Assembly: GCA_965226885.1 (NCBI GenBank)
Contig: CBDDEL010000013.1
Coordinates: forward strand, 128,001-192,000
DNA length: 64,000 nt
Direction: 5' to 3'
From: Opitutales bacterium
Lineage (GTDB): Bacteria; Verrucomicrobiota; Verrucomicrobiia; Opitutales; UBA2987
In this document: piece by piece, positions 61,006 to 64,000 of the stretch
How positions within the stretch are numbered: position 1 is the stretch's first letter
Layout of the letters: the number at the start of each line of letters is the position of its first letter
Translations under genes and position numbers: made by a program
The notes under the pieces: generated by a model
The model's input: the letters and a program-made list of their open reading frames with translations, nothing else
Databases searched by the model: none
What the model was told of the DNA's origin: nothing

Positions 61006-62172
61006 TTAACGTTTGTTGGCTTTGAAGAGGAGCCTGAGGCCGAGGGTTTGGAAGAGGAGGTTGGGGAGCCAGATGAGGAGGTCGGGGCGCAGGGCGGGTT
61101 CATTTTCCAGCCATCCGACCATGATGATGAGGAAATAGTAGGTCATGGCCAGGACGAGGGCCAGGGCGACGTTGGCGTAGGTCTCCCGGCGGCCCACGCG
61201 CACTCCCAGGGGTATGCCGATCATGGCCAGGGACAACACGGAAAAGGCCATGGCAAAATTTTTCTGGATGCGCAGTTGTATCTTTATTTTTTCCTTTTTG
61301 GTTTTTTGTATTTCCTCCGGCGGCGTTTCCGGGATTCGCTGAAGCCGTTCCAGTTCCTCCGCGTAGGTGTTTTTGCGTTCCAGCAAAGTGGTGAGGTTGA
61401 GGGCGGCAAGGCTCACGTACTGGCGCTTGCAGCCCAAAAGCCGATCCAGCGGCAGCCGCAGCCGGGTTTCCCGGAATGAAGCGGTGGGGCGGATGGCTTG
61501 CATGTCCTCGGGCCGGTTTTCGCTGCGCAGTTCCGCGGTGGCGTTTTTCAATGTGAGGATGAGCGTGTCGGTTGCCTCCTCGTAGTCGAATCGCCCCGAT
61601 TGGGCGCGCAGAATGCGCAGGGCGCGATACTCGTCATCCAACTCCCAAATCCACAAGTCGCTCAGTTCACGGCCTTCCTTGGAGTTCACGTAGAGAACGT
61701 AGCCGGGGAAATCTTTGATGAAAGTTCGCTCGACGATGAAACGCAGCGGATCTTCGCGGACCAGGTTATTGAGGATGCTTTTAAAATGAGCCCTGGCCTC
61801 CGGGGCGTAGCGGTTGTTGATGACCAGAGAGAGGAACACACCGATCAGGGCGACCGCGAAAAGGGAGGCCGACAACCTCCAGAGCGATATACCGGCCGAT
61901 TTGAAAGCGATAATTTCCCGCCCCGCCGACAGTCTGCCCAAAACCATCAGAATGCCGGTCAAAATACCCAGAGGCAGGGCATAGGAAACGACATAAGGGA
62001 TCAAGAGAAGGAGCAGGTCGGCAAACATCCCGCCGGTCAACCGGCCGGCAGCGAGCAGGCCGATGATCTCCTTCAAGGCGTTTCCGGCCAGCAAGACAAA
62101 TACGAACAGGCCAACAGCCGAGACCGAACAAAGAATGACGGATTGGAAAATGTAGCGATGGATCAGTTTCAA
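61006..62172 (-). CDS. lptF: LptF/LptG-family LPS export permease
   Basis: LIHRYI, ALP...GRLSAGREIIAFKSAGIS, GIPLG, WLPN; 3+3 TM layout. Confidence 0.85.
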   Translation of the reverse strand: MKLIHRYIFQSVILCSVSAVGLFVFVLLAGNALKEIIGLLAAGRLTGGMFADLLLLLIPYVVSYALPLGILTGILMVLGRLSAGREIIAFKSAGISLWRLSASLFAVALIGVFLSLVINNRYAPEARAHFKSILNNLVREDPLRFIVERTFIKDFPGYVLYVNSKEGRELSDLWIWELDDEYRALRILRAQSGRFDYEEATDTLILTLKNATAELRSENRPEDMQAIRPTASFRETRLRLPLDRLLGCKRQYVSLAALNLTTLLERKNTYAEELERLQRIPETPPEEIQKTKKEKIKIQLRIQKNFAMAFSVLSLAMIGIPLGVRVGRRETYANVALALVLAMTYYFLIIMVGWLENEPALRPDLLIWLPNLLFQTLGLRLLFKANKR

Positions 62173-62304
62173 ACTTGAAGCCGGGGCTGGTTGTTCATTA
62201 GAACTTTGGACAATCTAAAATTTTAAGAGAACGGGTTAATTGCTTAATCAGGATTGACCGACAAAACAAGCCTTCACCTTCTAAACGCATTTGCGCCAAT
62301 CGCC

Positions 62305-62739
62305 ATGAAAATCTCCATCGGTTCCGACCACGCCGGATATGAATACAAGGAAGCTATTAAAATAATGCTTTCAAAATTGGGCCACGAGGTGGTGGATTTC
62401 GGGACCGGGAGCCCTGAATCGGTCGATTACCCGAAATTTATCCGGCCCGCGGCGGAGGCGGTGGCCAATGGCGATTGCGAAAGGGGGATCGTCCTGGGCG
62501 GTTCGGGAAATGGGGAGGCCATGTGCGCCAACCGGCTGCGGTCCATTCGATGCGCCTTATGCTGGAATGAGGAATCCGCCAGGCTCTCCCGCCGGCATAA
62601 CAATGCCAATATGCTTTCCCTTGGCGAGCGCATGATGGACCTCGATACCGCCCTGGCCATCGTCCGCGTTTGGCTCGACACGGAGTTTGAAGGCGGCCGG
62701 CACGTGGGCCGCATCGCCTTGCTCGATGAAAATAGCTAG
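62305..62739 (+). CDS. rpiB: Ribose-5-phosphate isomerase B
   Basis: GSDHAG, DYP, GGSGNGE, HNNAN, FEGGRH. Confidence 0.94.
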   Translation: MKISIGSDHAGYEYKEAIKIMLSKLGHEVVDFGTGSPESVDYPKFIRPAAEAVANGDCERGIVLGGSGNGEAMCANRLRSIRCALCWNEESARLSRRHNNANMLSLGERMMDLDTALAIVRVWLDTEFEGGRHVGRIALLDENS

Positions 62740-63381
62740 AGGACGATGATGAAGTTGGCGAGGCGGAGCAAACGCTCAGCCCAACGCTTTTTGTAATCGA
62801 TGGCCATGCCCAGGTCGTAGACCTCAATTCCTTCGCCGGCCAGTCCTGCGATCATTTCCAATTGGGCCAAATTACCCGGACTACAGGCAGCATAATGGCC
62901 GTCATAACCCATTTGGAAACCCCGGTAGGTTTTTCCCAGGATGCCACCGGCGGTATAGGCGATATCGGCGCCTTCGGTATTTTGCCCGAATACGACCCTC
63001 AGGCAGCCTTTGGCGGCCGCTCTTTGAAAAAGTTCCCGGTAAAAATGGCGATGGTCCTGGAGCAGAAATACGCTCTCTCCCGCTTCCTGTTTCCAGGATA
63101 GCTTTTCTATCTTCAGGATACGATCGAAGATCGAATCACCATCCGATCCTGCTGCGATATATTGGAAGCGAAGCCCGGCTTTTTCGGCCTTTCGTTTAAT
63201 CGATCTCGTGGCAGCCCTGAAATGAGCGCTGCGGCGGCTCAGGTATCCATTGAGCCCGCCTTCGAGAGACGCTTGCAAGCAATCGATGCCGGGAAAAGAC
63301 CATTGCTGCCGAAATTTCTCCCGCTGGTTTCGGATCAGGCCGTGCAGGGGAGAGAACATTGGAATGCCGCTTAAAATCAGG
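62736..63381 (-). pseudogene. GNAT-family (CelD/BcsL-like) acetyltransferase, 5' part cut off by IS1
   Basis: SWK, GYD..YAACSPG and YDLG...YKKRW motifs; the reading frame runs into the IS1 end at 63382. Confidence 0.7.
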
Positions 63382-64000
63382 GGTAGTGTATTAAGTAGGA
63401 ATGGTGGCTAATTCTTGATTATATTGATGAATGAAAAGTCTCAGACAGGTTTCATGCATACTCTTAAGCTTGGAAAAGGAGAGGGTTTTGCGTGTGAAAC
63501 GACCCAGTCGTTGGCGCAGGGTATTGTTCCATCGTTCCACATGGGCCGTTTCACCGGTTTCTTTTCCCACGGATCGGTTATGAGGAAAGACTTCATCATA
63601 AGTGCTCCAAAAGTCGCTGTAGGTGGCACATCTTTTGTAGGCCCGTGGCAGACGCTCGTAAAGTTCCCGGCAACGATACCAATCCCGAGGCCCAATGGCA
63701 TAGGAGAGAATTTGACGGGTGCGTCGGCAAAGAGCGATCCAAACCCATTGGGCATCGCTCTTGCGCCCCACAAAAGACCACAGTTCGTCCAGTTCAATGA
63801 CATCATGGCGGCGGGCCGCAAGAATCGTGCTTTTGAGCGGTCGCAGCGATTGTCGTTTTTTTTAACCAACTCAAAACGGTGTTGGGACTCACCCCGAAGG
63901 CGCGCTGTAAACCGCGTAGACTGCTGCGTTCCTGATAGACTCGAAGGATCATTTCTTTTTGCTCTTCGGTGTATTTCACTGTGGGGTTTTCGCGGCTTTG
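63382..64000 (-). mobile_element. IS1-family element, copy 2 (partial, runs off the window); InsB part at 63391-63771
   Basis: Reverse complement of copy 1 from TIR GGTAGTGTAT; near-identical sequence. Confidence 0.93.

Overview
Bacterial chromosomal window, most likely from a Verrucomicrobiota (Opitutales-like) genome. That assignment is inferred from the dcw cluster, which has a MurC-MurB fusion and a LysM gene between murD and ftsW. Left to right the window holds: (1) the end of a decaying integrative element at tRNA-His (tyrosine integrase, excisionase-like gene, pth remnant, IS5-like insertion); (2) housekeeping genes (SRAP, FmdB, TPR, rhomboid, NAD kinase, TlyA); (3) a full mraZ-to-ftsZ dcw cluster with a frameshifted rsmH; (4) a SAM-methyltransferase pseudogene split by a three-level IS1380/IS5-like/IS1380 nest; (5) a ~13 kb GntR/FadR-headed catabolic operon encoding a xanthine-dehydrogenase-family Mo enzyme, two paralogous amidohydrolases (one with a degenerate metal site), a BMP-family nucleoside/purine ABC transporter, and UbiX/UbiD; (6) a convergent YgeW-like carbamoyltransferase plus carbamate kinase downstream of pyrR-pyrB-pyrC; (7) IS1 and IS21 elements, lptF, rpiB and an IS-truncated GNAT gene. 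The best candidate for a new system is (5)+(6), a putative O2-independent purine/N-heterocycle degradation route that may conserve energy as carbamoyl phosphate and ATP. Eight IS copies cover about 19% of the window. Together with several pseudogenes and many short perfect tandem duplications, this suggests ongoing genome decay. All function calls come from motif recognition; no database search was run.
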